A stretch of 63,937 nucleotides of DNA, filler included, from Octopus bimaculoides (lineage: Eukaryota), in NCBI RefSeq assembly GCF_001194135.2. It is 5 parts of 4 records of this genome, joined end to end, with 100 filler letters (N's around TTAATTAATTAA, not from the genome) between each part and the next. Parts side by side here need not be neighbours in the genome. Positions count along the whole stretch, not along the records: positions 1 to 19,344 come from NC_068985.1; positions 19,445 to 37,611 come from NC_068986.1; 3 more parts are not named here. The stretch is one strand, 5' to 3'. The notes below the pieces were generated by a model, which was given only the letters and a program-made list of their open reading frames with translations, searched no databases and was not told the origin of the DNA. Position numbers and translations under genes: made by a program. This document shows, piece after piece, positions 12,881 to 25,846 of the stretch (positions are counted from its first letter, which is position 1; every line of letters begins with the position of its first letter).

Positions 12881-13135
12881 AAAGAGAAAGGGAGCGGTTT
12901 CCCCAGCGATTATAAATAGTAGCGTTCGGAGTGAAGTTTGTGCGTTAGTTTGAATTGAGTTCGCGGTTACGTTGGAAGGTGACGGCTGGTTAGTTCGTTT
13001 AGAATATTGATTGTTGATTCCCGAAGAGATTGTTAGATCGTTACGTTGTTAATACGGCTGCATTGTTATCTTGTTCACTGTTAAAACACCGGTACGACGT
13101 ATCTATGCCGTTAGTCAAATATCGTGGCGGTTGTG
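12881..13135 (+). repeat. PPT (12881-12894) and diverged 3' LTR
   Basis: aaagagaaagggag followed by gattataaatagtagcgttcggagtgaag...atatcgtggc, homologous to 10087-10289. Confidence 0.85.
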
Positions 13136-13784
13136 ATTATATGTATTTTTCATGCATATAAACACGGAATAAAATTATTCTCCACGTGTTAAAAAGATAA
13201 ACTTATGTATGTATGTATGTATATGTATGCATATATACACACATAGATGTAGATAGAGGAAACTCTAAATCGTTGCGTTAAGATAAATAATACAATCCAG
13301 GAGTGTTAGCTGCAGTTGTTTTGCATACCAGACATGGCGAAACATCTCACCTGCTGTTTGAATCCAAATGTCGTCATGAAAATAAGTTACGTGATATCTT
13401 TAATGACTAACCGATTTAAATCACAATAAGCAGACTATTCTTGTTTTTTTTTCCCCAAAACTGAATGAGTAACAAAATTCAGAACGCCACGTTGAATTTT
13501 TATCTATTTTTATAGTTAAATATTTATATCTTTGCGCTTTAATATATTTACCTACCTCCACGCTACCATGTAGTCGATTGCGGGCACACATTATTAAAAA
13601 CGCTTCAAAAAGCCGAAATGCATCAGGTGTACTCGTTGGCCGCGCTCACATGATTGTTTTTTCCTCCCTCCAATATTTATTGCCCTTTTAACACTATATA
13701 TCCCTGAGAGGTTATTGCGGGACGAATACCGAAGTAATTCCCTCCCAAAGGTGTATGTACGTTAAGTATTATTTATAAATGGAT

Positions 13785-13819
<35 letters not shown>

Positions 13820-14279
13820 AAAAGAATTCCAACTCTGTCTGTTTTTTATGTTTTATTTATATTCTTATAAAATTAATGTGGGATATAGAATATGGAATAT
13901 ATAATATAAATAGTAAAATGAAATGAAGTATTGAATATCTTATTGAATATATGAAATATTGAGTATTGAATATATAAAGGACTAGTATACTGTAGTTGAC
14001 TGGCTGTCCTTTTGTCTTTTATACACATTCCTTTGGACAGCAGCGGTAGGTGTTTGTCTATTTTTAGAGATGATGCCAAACCACTTTTCCATGTTTATTT
14101 TTAGAAATGATGACATTTGAGAGATTTTTTTGTGTTTTAGTTATAGGGATAAAATTTTAAAACCCCAAGTAAGATTAATTTAATCATTGTTTGTTAAGAG
14201 TGGGTTTGAATTTCTTAATAAAGTCCTTTTCTTTCCGTTTTCTGGCAATTTCATTCAGGTTGTAAACGCTCTGAAATCA

Positions 14280-14912
14280 TCAGAGCACCTGCATTTACCC
14301 AGCAAGTTAAACAGGCCATTGATATCAATCCCAGAAAGTCCATGAGGTCAATTGCAAAAGATCTCCATGTGTCAGAAGGAACAGACACAAACGTTGTCCA
14401 CGAAGACATCAGATATAATTTTTATATGATGAGGAAAGGTCAATCTATCAGAAAAAGCAAGAGAAAAAAATTACTACATCAGATCTAAAATGCTCTTCAA
14501 CAAACTGAAAAACGCAGCAGAAGAAGATTTCATTTGGTTTTTCTCAAACGAGAAAAACATCCAGATGAAAAAGTTAACAGAAGTTCCAAGTGTTATGCAT
14601 ACACAATTTCCTGCAACTGTCATGGTTTTAGGGGTTGTCAGCAATGAAGGACATGTGAAGCCTCCTTACGTCTTTCTGCAGGGCCCGAGAGTTAACTCTA
14701 CCGCCTACATTGTGGACCTGGAAATAATTGTTAAACCCTGGATAGACAGTGTATAAAATGAAAGGCTATATGTGTTTCAGTAAGACTCTGCACTATCACG
14801 AATGGCTCTAGTAACACAAGAATGGAAGGCTGGAAATTTTCAGGATCACACGACCCCTAATGTTTGTTCTCCTAGTTCCTCAGGTCTCAATCCATTGGAC
14901 TATTACATGTGG
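14280..14912 (+). mobile_element. Tc1/mariner transposase remnant (maT/DD37D-like), truncated by a gap
   Basis: NPRKSMRSIAKDLHVSEG (HTH), WFFS(N)EKN, PATVMVLGVVSNEG, VFQ*DSA and SSGLNPLDYYMW (SPDLNPLDY.VW motif). Confidence 0.8.
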
Positions 14913-15242
14913 NNNNNNNNNNNNNNNNNNNNNNNNNNNNNNNNNNNNNNNNNNNNNNNNNNNNNNNNNNNNNNNNNNNNNNNNNNNNNNNNNNNNNNNN
15001 NNNNNNNNNNNNNNNNNNNNNNNNNNNNNNNNNNNNNNNNNNNNNNNNNNNNNNNNNNNNNNNNNNNNNNNNNNNNNNNNNNNNNNNNNNNNNNNNNNNN
15101 NNNNNNNNNNNNNNNNNNNNNNNNNNNNNNNNNNNNNNNNNNNNNNNNNNNNNNNNNNNNNNNNNNNNNNNNNNNNNNNNNNNNNNNNNNNNNNNNNNNN
15201 NNNNNNNNNNNNNNNNNNNNNNNNNNNNNNNNNNNNNNNNNN

Positions 15243-15289
<47 letters not shown>

Positions 15290-15499
15290 GCATCAAGGAG
15301 GTTCAAAGCTGGAATATCAGTAATCATATGTTTGACCTGTAGACAAATGACAAATAGGATCTATGTGGCCAGTTTGCCTGCCAGAAATACCAAACAAATG
15401 TCCCGCAAACGCCACACAACTATCTCTAGATAGACACAAACGCTTACATAATATGAATGTATTAAATGTATATATACGTGTATGTGTGTGCGTGTGTTT

Positions 15500-15740
15500 G
15501 TTAGGTTGAATGGCTTAGGAGTTAAGGTGTTGCACTCACGGTCTTGCGATTATGATTTCAATTCCTTGACCGGGAGGTGCGATGTGTTTTTGAGCAAAAC
15601 CCTTCATTTCACGTTGCTTTACTATCACTTTGACACCTGTCGCGTGGCCCACCGTGTATCTGCTCACAGGACGTCGATTTGATAGAGAAAGGGGGCTAGT
15701 GTGCTGCACGAGCCATTCATCACTATAAACACAGGAAGTA
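15500..15740 (+). mobile_element. tRNA-derived SINE (family C, CORE-like)
   Basis: A-box-like tggcttaggagttaagg, B-box-like gatttcaattcc, and ttgagcaaaacccttcatttcacgttgc. The head is repeated at 17930-17957. Confidence 0.55.
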
Positions 15741-16113
15741 GATAATGACAAACGAAATGAGTTATTCCAAATACGATGTTAGTAATTTCGAAGTTTATTA
15801 TTCCCAGTTATTGCCCCGTTCATAGGGAATTATGTATTTCATTAGTAAGTATTAAATCGAACGCTCATCCTAAATGAATCGCATAAAATTGACCGCTAAC
15901 TCAACTAGATTTAGAATTAATCAACATATCTAATCATAGCTAATAATTAAACATATCTAATAATTAATCAACATCTCTAATCTTTCCGTTATACTAAGGT
16001 AAATTTTTAGCGTTATAGATTTAGTTATAGAAGCAAAATAATGTCATTGTATATCTCAGGACATCTCATTCATTCTAATATATACAAACATGTATATATA
16101 TATATGTGTGTGC

Positions 16114-16147
<34 letters not shown>

Positions 16148-16149
16148 GA

Positions 16150-16910
16150 TTCCACTGCCCTCGTCTGTACCTCATGTCGGGTTGCTGGTTCATCCGGTAT
16201 TGCGAAGAGAAGGATGCCTAGTTCCGTTTTGAAGACATCTATTTCCACCTTATGCAGATTTCTTAATTTTTGTGGCAGGGCATTGAAGAGCTGTGGGCCT
16301 TTGGACCCTATACTATTGCAATACCTGGTCCTGGATTTAGATGGAGTGGATGGCATCTTTGGTACAATACAATGACGGCCAGTTCTGGCATTTGTATAAC
16401 ACTCAATGCGAAAGTTAGGTACTAGCCCTTCTATAATTTTCCATATGTATATTATTGCATATCTCTCACGCATTCGCTCCAGGGAGTAAAGCTGTAGTTT
16501 TCTTAGCCTGTCCGTATAGCTCATCCGTTGCACTGTTTCAATCTGTTTAGTGAAGTGGCGTTGGACTGTTTCCAGCTCCGTTGTTAGTTTGGCACTATAT
16601 GGTGACCATAACTGGGAGAGTTGTCCAGGCAACTGAAAACAAAGGTTCTCCACAGGGTCAACATACGTTTCTGGTCTCTTGAAGAACTTCAGTATCCATC
16701 CTACCAGTTGTCTGCATTTTTGCTGTCATCTTGCTAATGCGTACATGAAATGATGTGTCATTGCACATACTGATCCCCAAATTTTTCACTGCCTGTGACT
16801 CTGGGATTGTAGTGCTTTCGTGTCCTGTGAAGGTAGATTGTACTGTATTCATGAGTTGATAGTGCAGTGCTTGCAGTTTCCCAGCATTGAACTGCATGTT
16901 GTTTATTTCT
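16150..16910 (-). mobile_element. CR1/L2-like LINE ORF2 3' fragment (RT thumb and C-terminus)
   Basis: NNMQFNAGK...KNLGI and WSPY...LETVQRHFTK...MSYTDRLRKLQLYSLERMRERYAIIYIWKII. Confidence 0.85.
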
Positions 16911-17742
16911 GCCCCCATATATATATATATATATATTTGGCGATAACTATATATATATATATATATTTATCAGAATATTTGGGCTGAAGATTGGAATAGT
17001 GAAGTTTTCGTTCGCTTAACCATGAAACGATTCGTACCCAATTAACTAAAGGCTTGTTTTGTTTGTGCTTTTCCCTCCGGTTTTTTGTTCTATGTGTGCC
17101 ATAAATATCGCCATCCAATTTAGAGAAAAATTTGTAGTTTAGAATCAGTAGTTCTTTGACTGCTGTTTCTGAATTTTCAGTATGTTGGAGAAGCAACTCA
17201 ATTGCTAATCCCTTATATTTATGATGATAAATGGTCTTACCGATAAAGGTTTATTTCATACTGAACTACTTGGCAAAATTGTTAATTGTTAATTCTATTA
17301 TTAATTGACGATTCCCTGCCCTCATTTCTTGTATATTTTATATATATATGTATGTATATATGTATGTATGTGTGTATGCATCAAGGAAGTTCAAAGCTGG
17401 AATATCTGAAATAATATATTTGACCTGTAGTCAAATGGCAAAATAGGGTCTATGTGGCCAGTTTGCCTGAACAGAAATACCAAACAAATGTCTAACAAAC
17501 CGCACACAACTATCTCTAAAAAGTAAGGCATCATTGGATTATGTTAGGATGAACTGAAACAGGTTGGATTGTATGAAATATAATTCCAATAAATGATTAA
17601 TTAATCATTTAGGGACAACATACTGACTCATCAACTGGACAAACCGATTGATTGATTGATTACTGACTCACTCATTCTATTTCTTTGCTTGCCTCCCCTC
17701 CTCCAATCCTAACTCACACTCAGACACACACACACACACACA

Positions 17743-17850
<108 letters not shown>

Positions 17851-17957
17851 GTATGTATACATACACACACTTATATAATATGAATGTATTATATGTATAT
17901 ATGTATGTGTGTGTGTGCGTTCGTTAGGGCGCATGGCTTAGGAGTTAGGGAGTTGCC

Positions 17958-18160
17958 ATCGTCTGTACATCATGTCCCGCTGTTGGTTCATCCGGTACAG
18001 CGGAGAGGAGGATGTCTAGTTCTTTTTTGAAAACATCTACATTCATCTTATGCAATTTTTTAAATTTATGTGGCAGGGCATAGAAGAACTATGGGCCTGT
18101 GGACCCTAGGCCATTGCAGTACCTGGTCCTGAATTTAGATGTAGTAGATAGTACCTATAT
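17958..18160 (-). mobile_element. CR1-like LINE 3' fragment (paralogue of 16160-16340)
   Basis: Direct nucleotide similarity to 16160-16340 (gtctgtac...ttggttcatccggta...). Confidence 0.8.
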
Positions 18161-18374
18161 AGGCAAGGGCCAAAATTTGACACTCCTAAAACCTTCTCCG
18201 AGTAATGAAATACCTTCATGCCAAATTTGGTACAGATTGATCCAGCGGTTTGGCTGTACATAGAAGAAACACACGTACACGCACACATATACATACATGC
18301 ATACATATACATATATATATATATAGCGAGAGAGGGGGAGAGAGAGAAAAAGAGGGAGAGAGATAGAAAGGGAG

Positions 18375-18612
18375 ATCCATGCTAGGAATATCTTTAAGAA
18401 AGCATATTCGAAATGCAATAATTCGAGAACGAAGCGGATTGGACGATGTGAACGTAGAATACCGAAAGCAAGAATTCCACTGGGCCGGACATGTCGCAAC
18501 GTCCACAGACAACATGCGACCATTGCAGTTGCTGAGTGGCATCCAAATAACCGAAAAGGTCTCTTGGAAGGCCTCGGTGACAATAGCCTTGGAAGGCCTC
18601 GGTGACAATTTT
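18375..18612 (+). mobile_element. RTE LINE C-terminal fragment with a 25-bp tandem duplication
   Basis: MLGISLRKHIRNAIIRERSG...FHWAGHVA. cttggaaggcctcggtgacaat is repeated at 18563 and 18588. Confidence 0.75.
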
Positions 18613-18679
18613 CATTGTTCACTATCTCCTATACCCGTGTATTTCTGTATACGTATATAACGATACCTAGAAGGAAAGT

Positions 18680-19310
18680 GCCAAATTTGTCTACAATGCC
18701 AAGGACGGCCAAAAGAATGTCTCTGTCCAGGGAAAGAGAGACAGAAGCAGAAAGGGAAGTATACCAAGTAACGAACAGACTGTGCACTACAAAACCCAGA
18801 GCATCTCAAAGCGATGAACAGAGGTATGCACGACTAACAAGGAATAGGATCTCCACTGCAGAATGAAGAGCAGTTGCAACAACTCAGAGAAGCAACTTCT
18901 ATGAAGAAGCTTTCAATTATAATCCAGCAGTTCATTATGCAGATGACACAAGACTTTCCATTGGTGCAGTGACAACTGAGGGCATACATTGTAAAGCAAA
19001 GAAGTAGTCTGGAGAGACACCTGCACTGTGCTGCAATGGTGGAAAGGTTAAACTCCTTGCAGTTCACCAACCTTCAGTGCAATTGAAGAAACAGTTGTCA
19101 TCAGCTGACCACGATTCCAAGCACTTCCAAAACAAAATTAGACAATACAACGCTGCACTACATATGACATCATTTGGAAGCACAAGAGATTTAACTAAGT
19201 CAGGATTCATGCAAAATTTCAAGATCTCAGGTCAGATTTTTCATCGGATTGGCTCTCTACTAACTCCATCAAATGAATCATCAAAATCAGCCTTTTATTT
19301 TTTATAATCT
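18680..19310 (+). mobile_element. Helitron RepHel N-terminal region remnant
   Basis: AFNYNPAVHY...LCCNGGKVKL...SKHFQNKIRQYNAALHMTSFG...FKISGQIFHRIGSLL, matching Helitron N-terminal motifs (YN..FQMTSFG; FKIQGQIYH..GSLL). Confidence 0.8.
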
Positions 19311-19443
19311 GTACATGTTTTTTTGGTTACGAAATAAACTATACNNNNNNNNNNNNNNNNNNNNNNNNNNNNNNNNNNNNNNNNNNNNTTAATTAATTAA
19401 NNNNNNNNNNNNNNNNNNNNNNNNNNNNNNNNNNNNNNNNNNN

Positions 19444-20075
19444 NGATAAGCGTGGGGGTGCACTTGTAAAAAATTACTAAGAATTTGACAACAGATTTCT
19501 TTGTAATCCTAATCTACAACGTTTGAAAGGTATATGTATAAAATTTCATTAAAAAATACCAATTTTCCTGAAAGTTATGAGGTGGGGAAATTTTGGTTTG
19601 TGTGAATTTTCCGAAAATCCTCTCCTCAAGCCCTCGGAAAAATTTTTCCAGCAAATCTTTACATACACTCAATCTAAGGATCTAAGCGATTATCTGTTGA
19701 AAGTTTCGTTAAAAACTACCCATTTTTCTGGAAGTTATGAGGCAACAAAGTCGGGGTGGGGTATACAACCGTAGCTATGCCGGGAAAAATATATACTGAT
19801 ACAATACGAAACTTGAAATTTCGGAAAAAAAAACTGTCATGTATGTCTGTATGCACGTGTGCGTGCACAACAATTTTATCTTTCACATTAAATTCCGATA
19901 CAGTGGTAATCGACACCATCTGATAGGTATTTGTAGAAAATTTCCTAAAACAACATTCATTTTTCTCAAAGTTATGAGGAAACAAAGTCGATACATGTGA
20001 ATTTACCGAAACTCCTCTCCCCACCCTTGAAAAGATCAACAAATTCCGATGTAATCGGAATCTACATTATCGTAT
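19444..20075. repeat. Dispersed non-coding repeat with internal subrepeats and a subterminal hairpin (possible non-autonomous Helitron/Helentron type)
   Basis: The aaagttatgagg module recurs at about 19572, 19733 and 19971, and a hairpin attccgat-gta-atcggaat lies at 20043-20061. Related sequence occurs at 62175-62270 and 62630-62720. Confidence 0.4.
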
Positions 20076-20371
20076 ACATATATATATATATATATATAAA
20101 TTGTTTTCATATCCATTTTCTGATATAAAATTAGGCAAAACTGCATTTTGAACTCATAAAGGAGTGGGAGTGATGGAAAGAGAATTGCATATAAGTGGAT
20201 ACATTGATGGTTAGGTATATATAGATTATTAACAAGTAGCTAAACCTAAACAAACTCTAAATTACATACATTTCAATATTCAATACATCGGTTAAAAATA
20301 AATGTGTATTTAAAACATGAATAAGATTTGTTAGTAAATATAAGTCAAGCTCCAAAATAAACAAAACTTAC

Positions 20372-20461
20372 CTGGTCACAATGAAATGACCAATGACCAT
20401 TAGTAGGATCGTTGACAAACAGCAAAGACACCAAAATGAGAACAATGCAAGCATCCAACAT
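20372..20461 (-). CDS. Putative host-gene exon (90 nt): signal-peptide-like in frame 0 or transmembrane-like in frame 2
   Basis: Bounded by ttatag| and a consensus CAG|GTAAGT donor. Frame 0 reads MLDACIVLILVSLLFVNDPTNGHWSFHCDQ and frame 2 reads CWMLALFSFWCLCCLSTILLMVIGHFIVT. Both are stop-free, and the sequence appears unique. Confidence 0.45.
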
Positions 20462-22819
20462 CTATAATATTTCGATGAATTGAATTTAATCTTTGTCCAG
20501 TACTCCTCTTCACATGCACGGATGAATGCATGGTGAATCACCTACTCGCTTAACACAACAGAGGAGACATTACATGCATAACAATTATTATGCATATGTG
20601 CGTGTATCTGGAAGAGATTTTATATTGCGTATGCGCATATATGCGTCCGATTAAATGCAAGTGATTGTGCTAATAGTACTCTACATGTTTATATACATAC
20701 ACACGCGCACACACAAATGCGTGCATAAAGGTTCATTTATTAAATGTTTACATCTATTATGTTTGTGACCGTACACGCACGAATACGCGTGGACTTGGCT
20801 GGCAGGCAGACAGACAGACAGACAGATAGATAGATAGATAGGAAAGGAAAGAGAAAAAATAGAAATTAAAGAGTGAGAAAACTAAACATTTACTTAGTAA
20901 TGTGTTATTGAAGGCGAATTAAGTTTGTTTTGAAAGATTCTACGAGAAAAGGAAAATAAATGTAAAACGGGTATTGAAAGAGGCGGGGAAATAGAAAGAT
21001 AATAGAAAGACGGACAAATGGACAGACAGACAGATAGATATCAAACCAAAAATATATAACATGTAAATATAACATGTAAACCTCACCTTAATTACACATG
21101 TTAATTCTACCGCAATCACACAAACAACTGTTCTTTCTTGTGGAAGGAAATTGTAATGCGTGTAGGAATGATCAAACTGATCGAACTGGATGAGAGGAAA
21201 GGCATTTTAATTCGATACAGCAATACTTATTGATTAACTGATTCTCTTAACGATTGATGTAAGTCATTCAACGACAGTATTCTTAAAAAGATTTTTTAAA
21301 ACAGCCTTTTTTTTTATACAACATAAAATTATTAAAAAAAAACATCTATACTTGGATTATATATAAATACACGCGCGCACGCGGCGAAATTTATACTCTC
21401 TCTCTCTCTCTTCTTCCTTTCAAGTGTTTATTAAATTCTAACTCGTCTGACCCCACGGAACTTTTTGAGCTGTCAATCTTTCAATACACATTTGTAAACC
21501 TGGCCCTTTTTGCAGCACACTTCCTACTAATTGAACATTACAACACTGCTTCTGTCTTCTTTCTCTTACATGTATTATGTATATTCACAAACATTTCCGT
21601 GTGTGCAAGTCAATCTGCCTGATCTTGTATGTGTGTGTGTGCGCGCGCGCGTATAATATATGTATATNNNNNNNNNNTATATAATATATGGACAGGGAGA
21701 GAGGCCGAAAGAATGCCTATGTACGTGTAACTAGATAGGTATGTAAAATAAAAGTGTATGTATGTCACCGTGTTTTGTATTAATTTCTCTTGATACGTTG
21801 CCGATAAACCCCAAATCGACCCTGATCCAACAAAGTTATGATCAAAGGCATTCCTCCCCATACAAGTGGTGGATGATATACACGGTCTTCTTTTTATGTC
21901 AGTAGAGTGTCATTTGAGGAAGATCTGGCCGCTATTTCTAGCAGGTTCAGTGATTGTGTTGAAGCTCCTTCGTTGTTCGTTTATCTCAGTGTGTATACAT
22001 ACTGTCGTTAAGGAATCCCTTAATATCTACCAAATTTGTTAATTTATGTCATGTGGAAACCTTAATTATTTAAGCAGCTTTATTACTTATTAATCCCCAT
22101 TCTTAAGCGAATGTGTGTGTTGTATTAAATACAAGTGTACGTATAAATGTTTCTCTCATAAAGTGCTTATAAGAGTTTTTAGTATAGTCACCTATTGTCA
22201 AGTGTACACAACCTACATCTATCTGTATGTACGTTCCCTTAATTCGCATACACAATCCATAACCACCCTGTTTTTTGTTTATTTTTCTTGGGGGGGGGGG
22301 TATATCTGGAACTACATTGTCCGCTGTATCCTTTATTTAAGACGGTAGATTTGACAGCTATTTCTAGCAAGTCGACTGCTCATGAGGCACCGTCGTGTTA
22401 TTTAAACAGCTAAACAAGCTAACGTTTAAAGCTTTTTTTTTATGTGAGAAAACACAAAAATGTGCCACTGAAGGCTAAAAGAACGATGAGTTATGTGCAA
22501 GGAGACTTTCGTGACAAAACTATATTAACTCTACGGCGGTGTTCTTTTAAGAGACATCTAGATTTTTTATTGTAATTTGTTTGTACGAGTAGATCTAGAA
22601 AACCATGTTACATACATCTGATAACAATGACGCCCGTTTATTTCCATTATTTTACTAATACAGTAAATAATTTCCACTTAGTATTTAGCTTTCTTTTACA
22701 AATGCTATTCTAACAGATTGCAAGAAAAACTAAAATATTAAGTGATAATTAGAAATCTTTTTACGCATAAATTTTATATAATTCTTGACTAACAATAAAT
22801 TGAACATCTCAGAGCAGAC

Positions 22820-23400
22820 GTTAGAAAAGAAACAGTAAGTAGGAGCTTGAAGAACAACTTCAAAAAGCACCAACACTTGACTAAGTAAGGATCTAGAAAT
22901 CGAAGGTGATCAGAAAAACTACAGCTCAGCTACTGAAGCAACAGTATATGAAATTTCGGATGCGGGAATCACAGGAACAACAAAATTCATGAAACTCAAT
23001 AATCTTCGTCAATGGTTTACTTCGACCGAGGATGAACTCCTACACTGGATCCTTAAAGGTCTTTCAGAGTGTCAACATTAAAACAGTATGCAATATAGAT
23101 ATATTGTTCGAAGGGTCTTTTCACAGTCCAGAAAAGTAATTGGTGAAATATACGATCGGGAATAGTGTACTCAAAAACTAGTTCTGTTTACTGCATTGTT
23201 TACAAGCTTTCCTTTTTCCAATATCAACTGCAGTGCTAGTTCTGGTGTGGGTGTTACGAAAATTTTGAAGATCAGAGAACAACTTTTCTCGCAAGAGAGC
23301 GTGGTTTAACCTTTAGACTCAAGGTGAATAGACCAAAGGTACTGGATGCAGCTGCATGTTTGTGTGTAATTTCAATGATACGCATATGAGCAGTTCATAA
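22820..23400 (+). mobile_element. Possible highly decayed MULE-like transposase
   Basis: Fragments GLSECQH, EGSFSQSRK and ARERGLTFRLKV loosely resemble MULE catalytic-domain segments. Many stops. Confidence 0.3.
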
Positions 23401-23609
23401 TCTAGCTTTCAGAGAAGACTAAAATTCTTGGATAAAAAAATATCAGCAAGTATTCCAGTTTGTTAGAATTCTTTCTTTTATTCTTTGCTTCAGTCATTGG
23501 ATTGTGGCCATGTCTTGAAGGTTTTGATTGATCAAATTGACCCCAAGATTTAGGTTAAGTTTGTACTTATTCTACTGGTCTCTTTTTACCAATTTTCCAA
23601 TACTGGTTA

Positions 23610-23800
23610 TCAATCTATGAGAGATAAACACAAGGATGCATGCGCACATATGCATACACACACACGACGAGCTTCCGTACAGTTGCCAAATTCACTCACA
23701 AGGCATTGATCGGTTTGGGGTAAAAGACAATTGCCCAAGGTGGAGCACAGTGCACCTGAAACCACATGGTAGCGAAGCGAGCTTCTTAAACACAAAGTAA
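23610..23800 (-). mobile_element. SINE family A (CORE-like), degenerate
   Basis: The reverse complement has gaagctcgcttcgctaccatgtggtttcagg...ccttgggcaattgtctt. Confidence 0.7.
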
Positions 23801-25793
23801 TGTCTGTGCCTCTTCGTTAAATTTCAACTATTCCTTTCCATGAAACAATACGAAACTAGTATGTAGGGTTCCTTCATATTTACCTATGTCAACATTAAAG
23901 AATGTATTTTGCGTAATAGCATAAGAGAATCGATTTTAGATTATTTGAGAAAAGCAAGCTATTTCAGTGTGTTTGTATATACTACACTATATCTTTCCTT
24001 TGTGATGGTTCATATTATCAATTCGGGTAAGCCCAAAGTTCACTTTGTCTCGTGGTCACTTCAACCAGCACCAGGGATGATACTACCTTTCATTTTTCTA
24101 TAATGCAACCTAGACATCACACATCAAACCTACACCGATTCTATAGAGACTACAAAAACGTCCTTTAATGTGACCAAACCAATCTTATCACCTTCAATAG
24201 TAAAAACATACAACTGCACATTTCAAGAAAACATTCCTTAAATATGATTATTAATTCGTGTCGCAAGATTCCTGATGTGAAATCATGTATTGAAACCGAT
24301 ATTGTTGTATTTCGGGACGGTCATTTTTTTTTTTTTTTTTGCCAAATAAACACACACACTATATATTTTTTCTTCACTCATTTATTACTTATTTTTAAAA
24401 TTTTAACTCATGTCCACTATCCGGAAATCTTTCGTCACACCTCTTCAGCGACACTTTTCGTTTTTGTGTGTCTTCTTACTCCACGTACTCCATTCTGTTC
24501 TTCTCATGTGTGTATCCTTATGTATGCATGCGTTTGTGTCCTTGTTTGTGTGTGTATGCTTGTGTGTGTGTCATAGATTTTAGTAGCAATGTGGCCTTCC
24601 CCTCAGCAGCCCCATCCTCTCACCCCATTGTGCTGCTGAGACCCGAAATTAAGGTACAGTCCCTGTATTCTGTGTAAAATAAGTATTTTTATACAAATTC
24701 ATTTGATATTTATTGTTAGTTGATATATATACATTGATTTTATTATTATTATTATTGTATTTTGACCTGACGATTAGCTATATTTTTGAATAGAATTGAT
24801 TTTCGATTGATTTATTTTGAATCAATTTGATTTTTATTTGATTTTCTATTTGAAAATATGATTATGAAACATGTGTAGTCATTTTTACTATTTTAATATT
24901 CATTACTTTGTACTTTTTTGATTTTTATTATAGGTCATTTTAGTGTATTTACTTATTAAAATTTTCTATATGTGATTGTGGATTTTCATGGATGCATTAA
25001 ATAATTGTGGGGGTTTTTTTCTCTAAGTTATATATTTATATATTATATATTGTGAAATTTAATTTAATTTTGATAAATCAAATTGAATTTTTCCCTGTAA
25101 ANNNNNNNNNNNNNNNNNNNNNNNNNNNNNNNNNNNNNNNNNNNNNNNNNNNNNNNNNNNNNNNNNNNNNNNNNNNNNNNNNNNNNNNNNNNNNNNNNNN
25201 NNNNNNNNNNNNNNNNNNNNNNNNNNNNNNNNNNNNNNNNNNNNNNNNNNNNNNNNNNNNNNNNNNNNNNNNNNNNNNNNNNNNNNNNNNNNNNNNNNNN
25301 NNNNNNNNNNNNNNNNNNNNNNNNNNNNNNNNNNNNNNNNNNNNNNNNNNNNNNNNNNNNNNNNNNNNNNNNNNNNNNNNNNNNNNNNNNNNNNNNNNNN
25401 NNNNNNNNNNNNNNNNNNNNNNNNNNNNNNNNNNNNNNNNNNNNNNNNNNNNNNNNNNNNNNNNNNNNNNNNNNNNNNNNNNNNNNNNNNNNNNNNNNNN
25501 NNNNNNNNNNNNNNNNNNNNNNNNNNNNNNNNNNNNNNNNNNNNNNNNNNNNNNNNNNNNNNNNNNNNNNNNNNNNNNNNNNNNNNNNNNNNNNNNNNNN
25601 NNNNNNNNNNNNNNNNNNNNNNNNNNNNNNNNNNNNNNNNNNNNNNNNNNNNNNNNNNNNNNNNNNNNNNNNNNNNNNNNNNNNNNNNNNNNNNNNNNNN
25701 NNNNNNNNNNNNNNNNNNNNNNNNNNNNNNNNNNNNNNNNNNNNNNNNNNNNNNNNNNNNNNNNNNNNNNNNNNNNNNNNNNNNNNNNNNNNN

Positions 25794-25846
<53 letters not shown>

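Larger units (their letters stand above)
10036..13135 (+). mobile_element. Gypsy LTR retrotransposon (Mag/K02A2.6-like), internally deleted and decayed
   Basis: Two related LTRs, a PBS-like site, a PPT, gag with paired CCHC knuckles, a protease and an integrase. No RT or RNase H motifs lie between protease and integrase. Confidence 0.9.

Noticed and set aside
13351-13400. Minus-strand donor CAG|GTGAGA with a short open reading (YHVTYFHDDIWIQTA)
   Set aside because: The only acceptor giving an open frame is poor and is preceded by a competing AG. It cannot be linked to the 20372 exon.
19389-19400. TTAATTAATTAA islands inside N-runs (also 37656-37667, 41214-41225 and 55219-55230)
   Set aside because: An identical 12-mer flanked by Ns on both sides, four times. 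This is an assembly spacer, not biology.
24268-24300. ctgatgt...gaaac hammerhead-like string
   Set aside because: The core is mutated and no convincing stem II or stem I can be formed.
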